This document shows positions 1 through 8,886 of a stretch of DNA of 64,000 nucleotides, piece after piece. How positions within the stretch are numbered: the stretch's first letter is position 1; each line of letters opens with the position of its first letter. This stretch comes from Paracoccaceae bacterium (GTDB taxonomy: Bacteria; Pseudomonadota; Alphaproteobacteria; Rhodobacterales; Rhodobacteraceae), in assembly GCA_023383015.1 (NCBI GenBank), contig JAHDXW010000013.1:25281-89280 (forward strand). The letters are read 5' to 3'. Made by a program: the position numbers and the translations under genes. The notes beneath the pieces are model-generated. The model saw only the letters and a program-made list of their open reading frames with translations, had not been told where the DNA came from and ran no database searches.

Positions 1-107
1 TCGGCGAAGCGGGCCGGCATGCGCTTGCCGCGGGCCTGCCCGTTGAGGTCGGCAGCCGCGACGCGGATCGTCCGGACCTCGGGGTGCTCGCGCAGCCACT
101 CGTTCAT
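1..107 (-). CDS. glutamine synthetase family protein, N-terminal fragment (gene continues past the left edge)
   Basis: The reverse complement of 1..107 reads MNEWLREHPEVRTIRVAAADLNGQARGKRMPARFA. This resembles the N-terminus of GlnT/PuuA-type glutamine synthetases. It is absent from the ORF track because it is truncated by the window edge. Confidence 0.45.
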   Translation of the reverse strand, partial: MNEWLREHPEVRTIRVAAADLNGQARGKRMPARFA

Positions 108-214
108 GATGCGCCGGAAGGTGACGCCGGGCACGCGCCCCCGGCAGGCCACGGCAAGCTGTCGCAGGCCGGCCGGGCAGTTGTAAAGGCCGTGCGACAA
201 CGTCGCGCTGCGCC

Positions 215-1318
215 TCAGCCCCCGGCGCCGCCGCCGGACTGCCGGCGGTTCCAGCGCACCGACGACCACAGCGAGATGCCGATCAGCGCCGCCCCGCCCA
301 GCCCGGTGATAAGCTCGGGAATGTGGACCAGCGACTGGGCGTACATCACCACCGAGAGCGCGATGATGGCGTAGAACGCCCCGTGCTCGAGGAAACGGTA
401 CTGCGCCAGCGTGCCCTTCTCGACCAGCATGATGGTCATCGAGCGGACGTACATCGCGCCGATGCCGAGGCCGATGGCGATGATGAACAGGTTCTGGCTG
501 AGTGCGAAGGCCCCGATCACCCCGTCGAACGAGAACGAGGCATCCAGCACCTCGAGATAGAGGAAGGCGCCGAGCCCGCCCCGCGCGGCCCCCTGCAGCG
601 CCGCGTCTGCGCTGTCCAGAAGCCCGCCCAGCACCTCGACCAGAAGGAAGGTCAGCAGCCCCCAGATCGCCGCCGAGAAGAAGACCTGCGTCTCCCCGTC
701 CTCGAGGAGACGCGAGAAGCCCAGCACCAGCAGCAGGACCACCGCCACCTCGATGCCGCGGATGGTGGCATAGCCGGCCATCCGCCGCTCGATCCACTGC
801 ACCCAGTGCACGTCCTTCTCGTGGTCGAAGAAGAAGCTCAGCCCCACCATCATCAGGAAGGTGCCGCCGAAGGCGGCGATTGGCAGATGCGCGTCATGCA
901 TGATGCGGGCGTATTCCGACGGCTCGGTGGCCGCCAACACCAGCGCCTGCCACGGCCCGATGTTGGCCGCGATCACCACGATCAGCAGCGGGAAGACGAC
1001 CCGCATCCCGAACACCGCGATCAGGATCCCCCAGGTCAGGAAGCGGCGCTGCCATTCGGGGCGCATGTCCTTCAGCTTGTTGGCGTTCACGATGGCATTG
1101 TCGAACGACAGCGAGATCTCGAGAACCGCCAGCACCGAGCAGATCACGAACACGGTCAGCATGCCGCCGGCGGTGCCCGTGGTCTGCCAGCCGAGCAGCG
1201 CGCCGAGCGCCAGGCCCGCCGCCGTGACAAGGAAGGCCCAGCGGAAGTAGCGGAGCAGGCCGCCGCCCTCCGGCGTCGCCTGCGGGGCCCCGGCCGGGGG
1301 CATCCTGGTCGCTGGCAT
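215..1318 (-). CDS. DUF475 / TerC-superfamily integral membrane protein
   Basis: ORF 215..1402(-). Multi-TM protein with the paired motifs EISLSFDNAIVNA and LEVLDASFSFDGVIGAF. Start placed at the internal ATG at 1318 (ATG at 1303 is also possible); the Arg/Trp-rich segment upstream looks non-coding. Confidence 0.8.
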   Translation of the reverse strand: MPATRMPPAGAPQATPEGGGLLRYFRWAFLVTAAGLALGALLGWQTTGTAGGMLTVFVICSVLAVLEISLSFDNAIVNANKLKDMRPEWQRRFLTWGILIAVFGMRVVFPLLIVVIAANIGPWQALVLAATEPSEYARIMHDAHLPIAAFGGTFLMMVGLSFFFDHEKDVHWVQWIERRMAGYATIRGIEVAVVLLLVLGFSRLLEDGETQVFFSAAIWGLLTFLLVEVLGGLLDSADAALQGAARGGLGAFLYLEVLDASFSFDGVIGAFALSQNLFIIAIGLGIGAMYVRSMTIMLVEKGTLAQYRFLEHGAFYAIIALSVVMYAQSLVHIPELITGLGGAALIGISLWSSVRWNRRQSGGGAGG

Positions 1319-1535
1319 GTCGTGCACAATCCCGCGGCTGGGGCGCCCCGCGGTGCCGACATCGCGGAAGCGCCGCCACTTCCGCCAGAGGGGCCCGGTC
1401 ACCGATCCCTGTCCGCCGCGGCGGACGCCCGATCAATAGCCCCTTGGGCGGCAGGCGCAAGCGCTGAAGCGCCCGGGCCGGGTGCGACGCCCGGGCTCTG
1501 CCGGCGGCCGGCCGGCGCGCGCCGCCGCCGGCCGC

Positions 1536-2363
1536 TCAGCCCGCCGTCGCCGACAGGAACTGGCGCAGCCGCTCGCTCCGCGGGCTGCCGAACAGCGTTG
1601 CGGGCGGCCCCTCCTCCTCGATGCGCCCCTGGTGGAGGAACACCACATGGTCGGCAAGGTCGGCGGCCAGCTTCATGTCATGGGTGACGATGATCATCGT
1701 CCGCCCCTCCTCGGCCAGCGCCCGGATCACCCGCACCACCTCCTGCTCGAGTTCGGGGTCGAGCGCCGAGGTCGGCTCGTCGAACAGCAGTGCCTTGGGC
1801 TCCATGCACAGCGCCCGGGCGATCGCCGCGCGCTGCTGCTGGCCGCCCGACAGCATCGCCGGCCAGGCGTCGGCCTTCTCGGCGATGCCGACCTTGGCCA
1901 GCAGCGCCCGCGCCCGTGCCTCGACCTCGGCCCTGGGCTGGCGCAGCACCGTCAGCGGCGCCTCCATGACGTTCTGCAGCACGCTCATGTGCGACCACAG
2001 GTTGAACGACTGGAACACCATCGCCAGGTTTGTGCGGATGCGGATCACCTGGGCACGGTCGGCGGGGTGGCGTCCTGCTCCCTCGCCGCGCCAGCGCACC
2101 GCCTCGCCCTCGAAGCGGATCTCGCCCTGCTGGCTGTCCTCGAGCAGGTTGCAGCAGCGCAGCAGGGTCGACTTGCCCGACCCCGACGAGCCGATCAGCG
2201 CCACGACATGGCCGCGCGGCGCGGCAAGGTCGACGCCCTTCAGCACCTCCAGCGCGCCGAAGCTCTTGTGCAGGTCGCGGATCTCGATGACGGGTGCGCT
2301 CACGCGGGGCTCGCTTTGCGGCTGGGTCGCGCCATCTTGCCCGGGCGCGGCGTCGGTTGGCAA
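1536..2363 (-). CDS. ABC transporter ATP-binding protein, polar amino acid (HisP/GlnQ/OccP) type
   Basis: Walker A GSSGSGKST, signature LSGGQQQRAAIARAL, Walker B LLFDEPTSALD, H-loop VTHDM. The ORF-track start at 2363 is TTG. An in-frame GTG at 2303 (giving SAPVIEIRDL...) is an equally plausible start. Confidence 0.9.
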   Translation of the reverse strand: MPTDAAPGQDGATQPQSEPRVSAPVIEIRDLHKSFGALEVLKGVDLAAPRGHVVALIGSSGSGKSTLLRCCNLLEDSQQGEIRFEGEAVRWRGEGAGRHPADRAQVIRIRTNLAMVFQSFNLWSHMSVLQNVMEAPLTVLRQPRAEVEARARALLAKVGIAEKADAWPAMLSGGQQQRAAIARALCMEPKALLFDEPTSALDPELEQEVVRVIRALAEEGRTMIIVTHDMKLAADLADHVVFLHQGRIEEEGPPATLFGSPRSERLRQFLSATAG

Positions 2364-2376
2364 CCGGCTCGCGCGG

Positions 2377-3153
2377 TCACCGGCCCGATTGCGGCGAGGG
2401 CAGCGGCAGCAGCGGCGGCAGCGGTGGCGGCAACGGCAGGACGGTGTAGGCGGCGGCGGGGATGGCCACGATGCCCTGCAGCATCAGCGCCGCCCGGTCG
2501 GCAGCGGCGAGCGCGGCCACGGCATCGGCGACCGCGGCGCCGATCGCCGCCGCGTCGGCGCCGGCGGCGGCGATCAGCGGCAGCCCCGGCGTCGGCACCG
2601 TGCGCCCGAGCACCCGCAGCCCGGCGGCGAGCGCGGGCTCCCAGCGGGCGGTCAGTGCCCAGCTGACCGCGTCGATGGCGGCAACGTCGGCCAGGCCGCC
2701 GGCGACGGCGGCGGCCGAGGCACGATGCGCCCCGGTCACCAGCGCGCCGCCGAAGGCCACGCCGGCGGCTGCCGCGGCGGCCGCCACCGCCGCCCAGCCC
2801 GACTGGCTCAGCGCGTCGTTCACCGCCAGCCGCGCCCCGGCGAAGGCGGCCAGCGTGCCGCGCGCGTCCCCGGCACGCACGACCAGGACGCTGCGGTAAT
2901 GGCCCGGCGGGCAACCCTCGACCCCGTGGTCGGGGGTGCCGACCAGTGTCACCCGGCCGTGCAGCCGCGCCCGATAGGGCAGCCCGCAGGTCTGGGCCAG
3001 GACCAGCCGGGGGTGCTCCCACAGCGCCCAGAGCCCCCCGTCGCCGGGCCGGCAGAGCGCCCCGGGGGCGGCGATGCCGCGGCTGCGCAGCCCCTCGCGG
3101 ACCAGCGTCCAGAGGCGGTCGGTGGCGGCGCGGGTCTCGGGCCGGTCGTACAT
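2377..3153 (-). CDS. PhnD-like (phosphate/phosphite/phosphonate-type) substrate-binding domain protein with no signal peptide
   Basis: ORF 2377..3291(-). Start set at ATG 3153 (MYDRPETRAATDRLW...) because anything longer would overlap the TerB gene. The N-terminal MYD.PE..AA.D.LW block is typical of the PF12974-like family. There is no hydrophobic leader. The C-terminal tail is Pro/Leu-rich and low-complexity. Confidence 0.65.
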   Translation of the reverse strand: MYDRPETRAATDRLWTLVREGLRSRGIAAPGALCRPGDGGLWALWEHPRLVLAQTCGLPYRARLHGRVTLVGTPDHGVEGCPPGHYRSVLVVRAGDARGTLAAFAGARLAVNDALSQSGWAAVAAAAAAAGVAFGGALVTGAHRASAAAVAGGLADVAAIDAVSWALTARWEPALAAGLRVLGRTVPTPGLPLIAAAGADAAAIGAAVADAVAALAAADRAALMLQGIVAIPAAAYTVLPLPPPLPPLLPLPSPQSGR

Positions 3154-3181
3154 CGGCAGGCCGGCGACGGGCCCGCCCGCC

Positions 3182-3634
3182 TCAGCGTCCAAGCCGCGCC
3201 TCCACCCGCTGGCGGGCCAGCCCGCTGTCGCGGTCGGTGATGCCGAGCAGGCTTGCCACCAGCCGAAGCTTGGCGTCCTCCTCGGCGTCACGCCGGCCGT
3301 CGGCCAGCGCCACCTCCCACAGCGCCTCGATCAGCCCCGCCCGCTCCTCGTGCGGCACCGCCTCCTTCAGCACCCGCGTGAAGCGGACGGTGTCGGGGGC
3401 GGCGGCTTCGACCGCTTCGGCCTCGGCCCGCAGGCGGCCGACGGCGGCGTCGGCGAGCCCGTGCCGGCGCGCCAGCACGGCATCGATGCCGGCGATCTCC
3501 GCGGGGGCGTAGCGGCCGTCCGCCCGCGCCACCCGGACGAGAAGCGCAGCCAGCGCCAGCCGCGCGTCCGCGGGCGCGAGCGGTGCGGCGGCGACGGCAT
3601 CGCCGGCCAGCCGGCGCAGGAGCGAGGCGATCAT
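3182..3634 (-). CDS. TerB family (COG4103-like) tellurite-resistance domain protein
   Basis: 150-aa ORF with ATG start. It carries LLVRVARADGRYAPAE and LWEVALADGRRDAEEDAKLRLVASLLGITDRD, the two TerB repeat motifs. Confidence 0.8.
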   Translation of the reverse strand: MIASLLRRLAGDAVAAAPLAPADARLALAALLVRVARADGRYAPAEIAGIDAVLARRHGLADAAVGRLRAEAEAVEAAAPDTVRFTRVLKEAVPHEERAGLIEALWEVALADGRRDAEEDAKLRLVASLLGITDRDSGLARQRVEARLGR

Positions 3635-3760
3635 GGCCCCGCTATAGCGCGCCCGCGGCCGCCGGCCAAGGCCGTGCCCCCCCGCGCAGTGCAGGGTCCG
3701 GCGGGCCGGGGCGGGCGGGCAGCGGCCCGGCGCCTCGTGCGGGGTGCCGGCGGGCCGGGG

Positions 3761-4768
3761 TCAGGCCCCGCCGGGGCTGCGGTCGAAAAGCCCGGCCAGG
3801 GCGCCGGCCAGGATCTCGGTCACCCGCGGCCGGGTCCGGGCCACGAACGGCAGCGGCCGGCAGACCTCCATCGCCGCGACTCCCACCCGCGCCGTCAGCG
3901 CCCCGTTCACCACCCCCTCGCCGAAGCGCCGCGACACCTTGGCCAGCAGCCCGCCGCCGGCAACCGACGAGACGAGGTCGTCGCCCACCGCCACCGCACC
4001 CGTCGCCACCAGATGCGCGAACACGGCCCGGGCGATCCGCCACGACCCCAGCGCCCCGGCGTGGCCGCCGTAGATCTCGGCGATGCGGCGGATCATCCGC
4101 AGGTTGGCCGCCAGCGCCACCGCCACATCCGCCAGCGCCAGAGGCACCAGCGCCGTCGCCGCCGCCACCTGCCGTGCCGCCGCCTCGATCTCGGCCCGGG
4201 CGGCGGTGTCGAGCGGGCCAAGCAGGTCGGTCTCGGCCGCCGCCAGAAGCGCGTCCGCGTCCACCACCTCGCCGGCCTTCTCGGCCAGCCGCGCCCGCCC
4301 CCAGCGCAGCTCGGCCCGTCCGGCGTACAGCGCCCCGAGCCGCCCCAGCACCGCCCGCGCCGCGGCCAGGTCGGCGCCGGCGCGGGACGCGGCCGCCGCG
4401 GCGCGCAGCGAATCAAGCCGGCCAAGCCGGGCCAGCCCTGCCGCCTCGCGCAGGCCGAGCAGGAGCAGCGCCAGCACGACGAGCCCCACCAGCACCACCG
4501 CCGCGCTTCCGAGCAGGGTGCTGCGGGCCAGAAGCTCGGTGGCGTAGTCCCAGACTGCAAGCGACAGGACGAAGGCCGCCAGCGTTCCCGCCGCGCCCCA
4601 GAACAGCCGCGCCGGCGCCGAGGCGGGCCGCGCCACCTGCCGCACCGCCCGCGCCAGCGCCGCCTCGTCGGGCGGCGGCGCGGCCTCGGGCACCGGCGGG
4701 GCTGCCGCGGGGTCGGGCGGCGGCGTGTCGAGCTCGATCAGCACGGGGCGGGGGCGGTCGGCGGTCAT
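3761..4768 (-). CDS. YcjF-like UPF0283 (TIGR01620) membrane protein
   Basis: ORF 3761..4957(-), start at ATG 4768 (MTADRP...). Two central TM helices. The C-terminal block NLRMIRRIAEIYGG...GVVNGALTARVGVAAMEVCRPLPF is characteristic of YcjF. Confidence 0.75.
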   Translation of the reverse strand: MTADRPRPVLIELDTPPPDPAAAPPVPEAAPPPDEAALARAVRQVARPASAPARLFWGAAGTLAAFVLSLAVWDYATELLARSTLLGSAAVVLVGLVVLALLLLGLREAAGLARLGRLDSLRAAAAASRAGADLAAARAVLGRLGALYAGRAELRWGRARLAEKAGEVVDADALLAAAETDLLGPLDTAARAEIEAAARQVAAATALVPLALADVAVALAANLRMIRRIAEIYGGHAGALGSWRIARAVFAHLVATGAVAVGDDLVSSVAGGGLLAKVSRRFGEGVVNGALTARVGVAAMEVCRPLPFVARTRPRVTEILAGALAGLFDRSPGGA

Positions 4769-4898
4769 GGCGTCTCCGGGCGGGCCGGCGCCGACCCGCC
4801 CCGCCCATGTGGCCCGCCGCGCGCCGCGCGGCAAGCCCGCCGGCCCCGGCCTTCCTGACCCTGCCGCTCCGCCCCGCCGCTGCCGGCCCTCGGCCCGC

Positions 4899-5264
4899 TC
4901 AGCCCTCGGCCGCCGGCGCGGCCAGCTGGTCCCAGCAGGCCAGCGCCCGGGCGGCATACATCAGCGACGGCCCGCCGCCCATCTGCACCGCCATCGCCAG
5001 CACGTCGGAAACCTCCGCCCGGCTCGCCCCGGCGCGGACCAGCGCCTCGACGTGGAAGGCGATGCAGGCATCGCAGCGGATCGCGACCGAGATCCCGAGG
5101 GCCACGAATTCCTTCTCCTTCAGCCCCAGCACCCCGTGCTCCTTGACCGCCTTCGACAGCGCGCCATAGCCGCGCGTCGCCTCGGGCAGGGCGCGGTTCA
5201 GCGCCCGCAGCTCGTCCCTGGTGGTGTCCAGATAGGCCTTCCAGTCCATGCCGTCCCCGCTCAT
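4899..5264 (-). CDS. carboxymuconolactone decarboxylase family (AhpD-like) protein
   Basis: C-terminal 121 aa of ORF 4899..5927(-), starting at ATG 5264. Contains the CxxC motif IRCDACIAFH. Its start overlaps the upstream DMT stop (ATGA). Confidence 0.85.
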   Translation of the reverse strand: MSGDGMDWKAYLDTTRDELRALNRALPEATRGYGALSKAVKEHGVLGLKEKEFVALGISVAIRCDACIAFHVEALVRAGASRAEVSDVLAMAVQMGGGPSLMYAARALACWDQLAAPAAEG

Positions 5265-6139
5265 CTGCGCCCGGCGCCGCGTACCCGCTCGCGCCAGAGG
5301 GTGAAAAGCCCGGCCGCGACCACGATGGCCGCGCCGACGGCCACGTGAAGCCGGATCGTCTCGTCGAACACCAGCACGCCGATCGCCGCAATGAACACCA
5401 GCTGCAGGTAGGTGAACGGCTGGATCACGGTCGCCTCGGCGACCTCGTAGGCGCGGATCAGCATCCAGTGGCCAAGCGCCCCGGTCAGGCACAGCGCGCC
5501 CATCCAGCCCCAGTCGCGCGGCGCCATCGGCTCTAGAAACCACAGCCCGACCAGGGTCATGAACCCCGCCCCCGCGATGCCGGTCCAGAAGAAGCTCACC
5601 TCGGCCGCGTCGGCCCGCGCCACGTAGCGCGTCAGCAGCGCATAGAGCGCGAACATCACCGCCGCGACCAGCGGCACCGCCGAGGCCGCCGACAGCGCCC
5701 CGGCGCCGGGGTTCAGCACCACCAGGATGCCGGCGAACCCGACCAGGATCGCCGCCCAGCGCCGCCAGCCCACCGGCTCGCCCAGCACCGGGCCCGACAG
5801 CGCCGCGACGATCAGCGGATGGACGATGAACACCGCCGCCGCGTCGATCAGACCCAGCAAGAGGAACCCCGCGACCGCGACGCAGATCTGGGCCGCCAGC
5901 AGGACGCCCCTGAACGCCTGCAGCCACGGCAGCCGTGGGGCAAGCGCGCGTCGGATGCCGCCCGGCCGGCGTGCGGTCAGGGCAACCGCGAAGGCGGCGA
6001 AGAACCAGTAGCGGACCATCACCACCATGAAGATGTTGTAGGTCTCGGCAAGGTAGCGCGACATGCCGTCCTGGATCGCGAAGACCAGCGTCGTCGCCAC
6101 CATCAGCAGGATCCCGAGGCGGTCGTCCTGCCGCGTCAC
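5261..6139 (-). CDS. DMT (EamA/RhaT-type) family transporter
   Basis: 292 aa, 10-TM pattern, with the MVRYWFFAAF and GWRRW motifs. GTG start overlaps the upstream stop (GTGA). Confidence 0.85.
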   Translation of the reverse strand: MTRQDDRLGILLMVATTLVFAIQDGMSRYLAETYNIFMVVMVRYWFFAAFAVALTARRPGGIRRALAPRLPWLQAFRGVLLAAQICVAVAGFLLLGLIDAAAVFIVHPLIVAALSGPVLGEPVGWRRWAAILVGFAGILVVLNPGAGALSAASAVPLVAAVMFALYALLTRYVARADAAEVSFFWTGIAGAGFMTLVGLWFLEPMAPRDWGWMGALCLTGALGHWMLIRAYEVAEATVIQPFTYLQLVFIAAIGVLVFDETIRLHVAVGAAIVVAAGLFTLWRERVRGAGRR

Positions 6140-7014
6140 CGCGCGCCCTCGCGGGCCCGGGCGCGGGTGCGCAGCAGCGTGAAGACGCCCGAGGCGGTGA
6201 CGATCGCGGCGCCGGCCACCGTGCCGGGCTCGAGCGACTCGCCGAAGGCGACGATGCCGACGATCGTCACGAAGACGAGCTGGAGGTAGGCGAAGGGCTG
6301 CACCGCCCCGGCCTCGGCCACCGCATAGCAGCGGATCATCAGCCAGGAGGACAGGATCGCCACCGCCCCGTGCGCCACCATCAGCGCCCAGTCCTGCGCC
6401 CCCATCGGCTCCCAGTACCAGATCCCGGTCGCCGTGGCGGTGATCGCGCCAAGGATGCCCGACCAGAAGAAGGCGGTGAAGACGGGCTCGGTCCGCGTCG
6501 CCTTGCCGGTCAGCAGCGAGTAGAGCGCGAACATGGTCGCCGCTCCCAGCGGCAGCAGTGCCGCGGGGGCGAACAGGTCCGAGCCCGGGCGCAGGATCAC
6601 CAGCACGCCGGCGAAGCCCGCCGCGATCGCCGTCCAGCGCCGCCAGCCGACGCGCTCGCCCAGCACCGGTCCCGAGAGCGCGGCGATGATCAGCGGGCAG
6701 GCGGCGAAGACGGCATGGGTGTTGATGAGCCCCACCAGCACGAAGCTCGCCACGATCAGGCCAAGCTCGGCCACATGCAGCACCGCCCGAAGCCCGTGCA
6801 GCCCCAGCTGGCGGGTCGGTGGCACACCGCGGCGTCCGCCGCGGGCGAACGCCAGCATGATCACGAAGGCCGCGAAGAACCAGTAGCGGACCATCACGAC
6901 CATCAGCACGTTGTAGTTGCCGGCCAGATGCCGCGCGAGACCGTCCTGCACCGCATAGCAGAACACGGTCGCGATCATCAGCCAGATGCCGAGGCGGTTG
7001 TTGGGTTCGGTCAT
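6136..7014 (-). CDS. DMT (EamA/RhaT-type) family transporter, tandem paralog
   Basis: C-terminal 292 aa of ORF 6136..8202(-), starting at ATG 7014 (MTEPNNRLGIWLM...). Collinear with, and the same length as, the downstream DMT gene. Confidence 0.85.
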   Translation of the reverse strand: MTEPNNRLGIWLMIATVFCYAVQDGLARHLAGNYNVLMVVMVRYWFFAAFVIMLAFARGGRRGVPPTRQLGLHGLRAVLHVAELGLIVASFVLVGLINTHAVFAACPLIIAALSGPVLGERVGWRRWTAIAAGFAGVLVILRPGSDLFAPAALLPLGAATMFALYSLLTGKATRTEPVFTAFFWSGILGAITATATGIWYWEPMGAQDWALMVAHGAVAILSSWLMIRCYAVAEAGAVQPFAYLQLVFVTIVGIVAFGESLEPGTVAGAAIVTASGVFTLLRTRARAREGAR

Positions 7015-7688
7015 CTCTCCAGCCGCCCGGCGGTCATGTGGCGCTTTGCCGCGAAGCCCGGCCGCCGCTCTATCGCAAAGCCCGCCGCCTGCAAGGCCCG
7101 GCGGATGTGGCCGGCGGCGGTGTAGCTGGCCACCGTCGCGCCGTCGGTGCTGCAGGCGGCGACGGCGGCCAGCAGCGGGGCTTCCCACATCCCGGGGTTG
7201 CGCAGCGGGGCAAAGCCGTCGAGGAACCAGGCATCGGCCCGGCCGGTCCAGGCGGGCAGCGTCTGGCGTGCGTCGCCGCGGATGAGGCGGGCCGACAGCC
7301 CCGGCAGCTCGAGGGCGTCGACCGCCCCGGAGAGCAGCGGCAGCAGCGCCGCGGTGTCGGCGGCGAGGCCGGGGAAAGCGGCATGGGCGCGGCCGATCGC
7401 CGCGGTCTCGGGCGGGGCCTCCTCGAAACCGGTGTAGCTTAGCGGCCCCGCCGCGCCGGCCTGCCGCCATGCGCGCCAGGCGGCGATCAGGTTCAGCCCG
7501 GTGCCGAGGCCGAGCTCGGCGATGGCAAAGCCAGGCCGGAACCGCCCCGGCAACCCGTTGCCGGCTAGGAAGACATGCGCGGCCTCCGCCAGCCCGCCGG
7601 CACGCGAGAAGTAGGGGTCGCCGTAGCGGCGCGAGATCGGCACGCCCTCGGCCGTCCAGTCGAGCGCCGGGGGCTGGTCGGGCGGCAT
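7011..7688 (-). CDS. mnmD: tRNA (mnm5s2U34)-methyltransferase, stand-alone MnmC methyltransferase domain (DUF752)
   Basis: ORF 7011..7790(-), start at ATG 7688. Motifs YGDPYFS, FAIAELGLGTGLN, AWFLDGFAP..NP.MW and ASYTAAG match the MnmC N-terminal domain. Confidence 0.75.
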   Translation of the reverse strand: MPPDQPPALDWTAEGVPISRRYGDPYFSRAGGLAEAAHVFLAGNGLPGRFRPGFAIAELGLGTGLNLIAAWRAWRQAGAAGPLSYTGFEEAPPETAAIGRAHAAFPGLAADTAALLPLLSGAVDALELPGLSARLIRGDARQTLPAWTGRADAWFLDGFAPLRNPGMWEAPLLAAVAACSTDGATVASYTAAGHIRRALQAAGFAIERRPGFAAKRHMTAGRLER

Positions 7689-7698
7689 CGGGCGGCCT

Positions 7699-8805
7699 AT
7701 GGCTGGGTCGGCGCGACCATGGGGAAGGGCAGGGGCCTTGGCAAGGGCGGACGTCGCGGTGGTGGGGGCAGGCATCCTCGGCCTCGCCATCGCCTGGGAA
7801 TGCGCCCGCCGCGGCGCGCGGGTGCGGCTGGCAGAGGCGCGGGCGGTCGGGTCGGGCTGCTCGGGCGGGCTGGTCGGCGCGCTGGCTCCGCATGCGCCCG
7901 ATGCCGGGGCGGGATGGACGCCGCTGAAGGCATTCCAGCTTGACAGCCTTGCCGCCGCCCCGGGCTTCTGGGCAGAGGTGGCGGCGGCCGGCGGGCATGA
8001 CCCGGGCTACGCCAGGACCGGCCGGCTGCAGCCGCTGGCCGATGCTGCGGCGGTGACGCGCGCGGCCGCGCAGGTGCAGGCGGCCGGCACGCGCTGGGCC
8101 GGGCGCGGACGGCTTGAGGTGGTGCCCGCGCCGGCCGGCGGCTGGCCGGCGGCGCCGGCCACCGGCCTCTGCCTGCTCGACGACCTGACCGCGCGCATCC
8201 ACCCGCGCCGGGCGCTCGCCGCGCTCGCCGCGGCGCTGGCCGCGCGCGGCGGCAGGATCGATGCCGGCCGGGCGGAGGACGAGCGTCCCGGCGGCCCGGC
8301 CGCCGCCGTCGTCTGGGCGACCGGCTGGGAGGGGCTTGCCCGACTGGCCGCCGGTCTCGGCCGCGACGCCGGCGGGCCGGTCAAGGGCCAGGCGCTGGCG
8401 GTGGCGCTACCCGGCGTGGCCGGCCGGCCGCTGCTTCACGCCGGCGGGCTGTTCGTGGTGCCGCATGCCGACGGCACGGTCGCCATCGGCTCCACCGCCG
8501 AGAGGGAGTTTGCCGACCCGTTCGCCACCGACGACCGGCTCGAGGCGCTGCATGCCGCCGCGGTGGCCGCCTGCCCGGCACTGGCCGGGGCGCCGGTAGT
8601 GGCGCGCTGGGCAGGGCTGCGGCCGCGGTCGGCCACCGGCCGGCCTGTCCTCGGCCCCTGGCCGGGGCGGCCGGGGCATTTCGTCGCCAACGGCGCCTTC
8701 CGCATCGGCTTCGGCCTTGCCCCCGGCATCGCCGGGCTGATGGCCGATCTCGTGCTCGAGGGCCGCGACGCGATCCCCGGGGAGATGCGGCTCGCCCCCG
8801 GCTGA
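7699..8805 (+). CDS. FAD-dependent oxidoreductase (DAO family, resembling the MnmC oxidoreductase domain)
   Basis: 368-aa ORF with the dinucleotide-binding motif DVAVVGAGILGLA near the N-terminus. An alternative TTG start at 7738 would give ARADVAVVGAG. Confidence 0.75.
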   Translation: MAGSARPWGRAGALARADVAVVGAGILGLAIAWECARRGARVRLAEARAVGSGCSGGLVGALAPHAPDAGAGWTPLKAFQLDSLAAAPGFWAEVAAAGGHDPGYARTGRLQPLADAAAVTRAAAQVQAAGTRWAGRGRLEVVPAPAGGWPAAPATGLCLLDDLTARIHPRRALAALAAALAARGGRIDAGRAEDERPGGPAAAVVWATGWEGLARLAAGLGRDAGGPVKGQALAVALPGVAGRPLLHAGGLFVVPHADGTVAIGSTAEREFADPFATDDRLEALHAAAVAACPALAGAPVVARWAGLRPRSATGRPVLGPWPGRPGHFVANGAFRIGFGLAPGIAGLMADLVLEGRDAIPGEMRLAPG

Positions 8806-8886
8806 CCGCCGGCGCCAGCCGCGCCGCCGGCACGCCGGCTGCCCACGGTTGCCCGCTCCCCCCAAGACGCCGTCGCCCCGGCCGGC

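Noticed and set aside
6136-8202. 688-aa ORF suggesting a large fusion protein
   Set aside because: Only the C-terminal 292 aa (from ATG 7014) is a DMT transporter. The upstream 396 aa runs through mnmD and the FAD oxidoreductase gene in wrong frames or on the wrong strand, and is Arg/Pro-rich.
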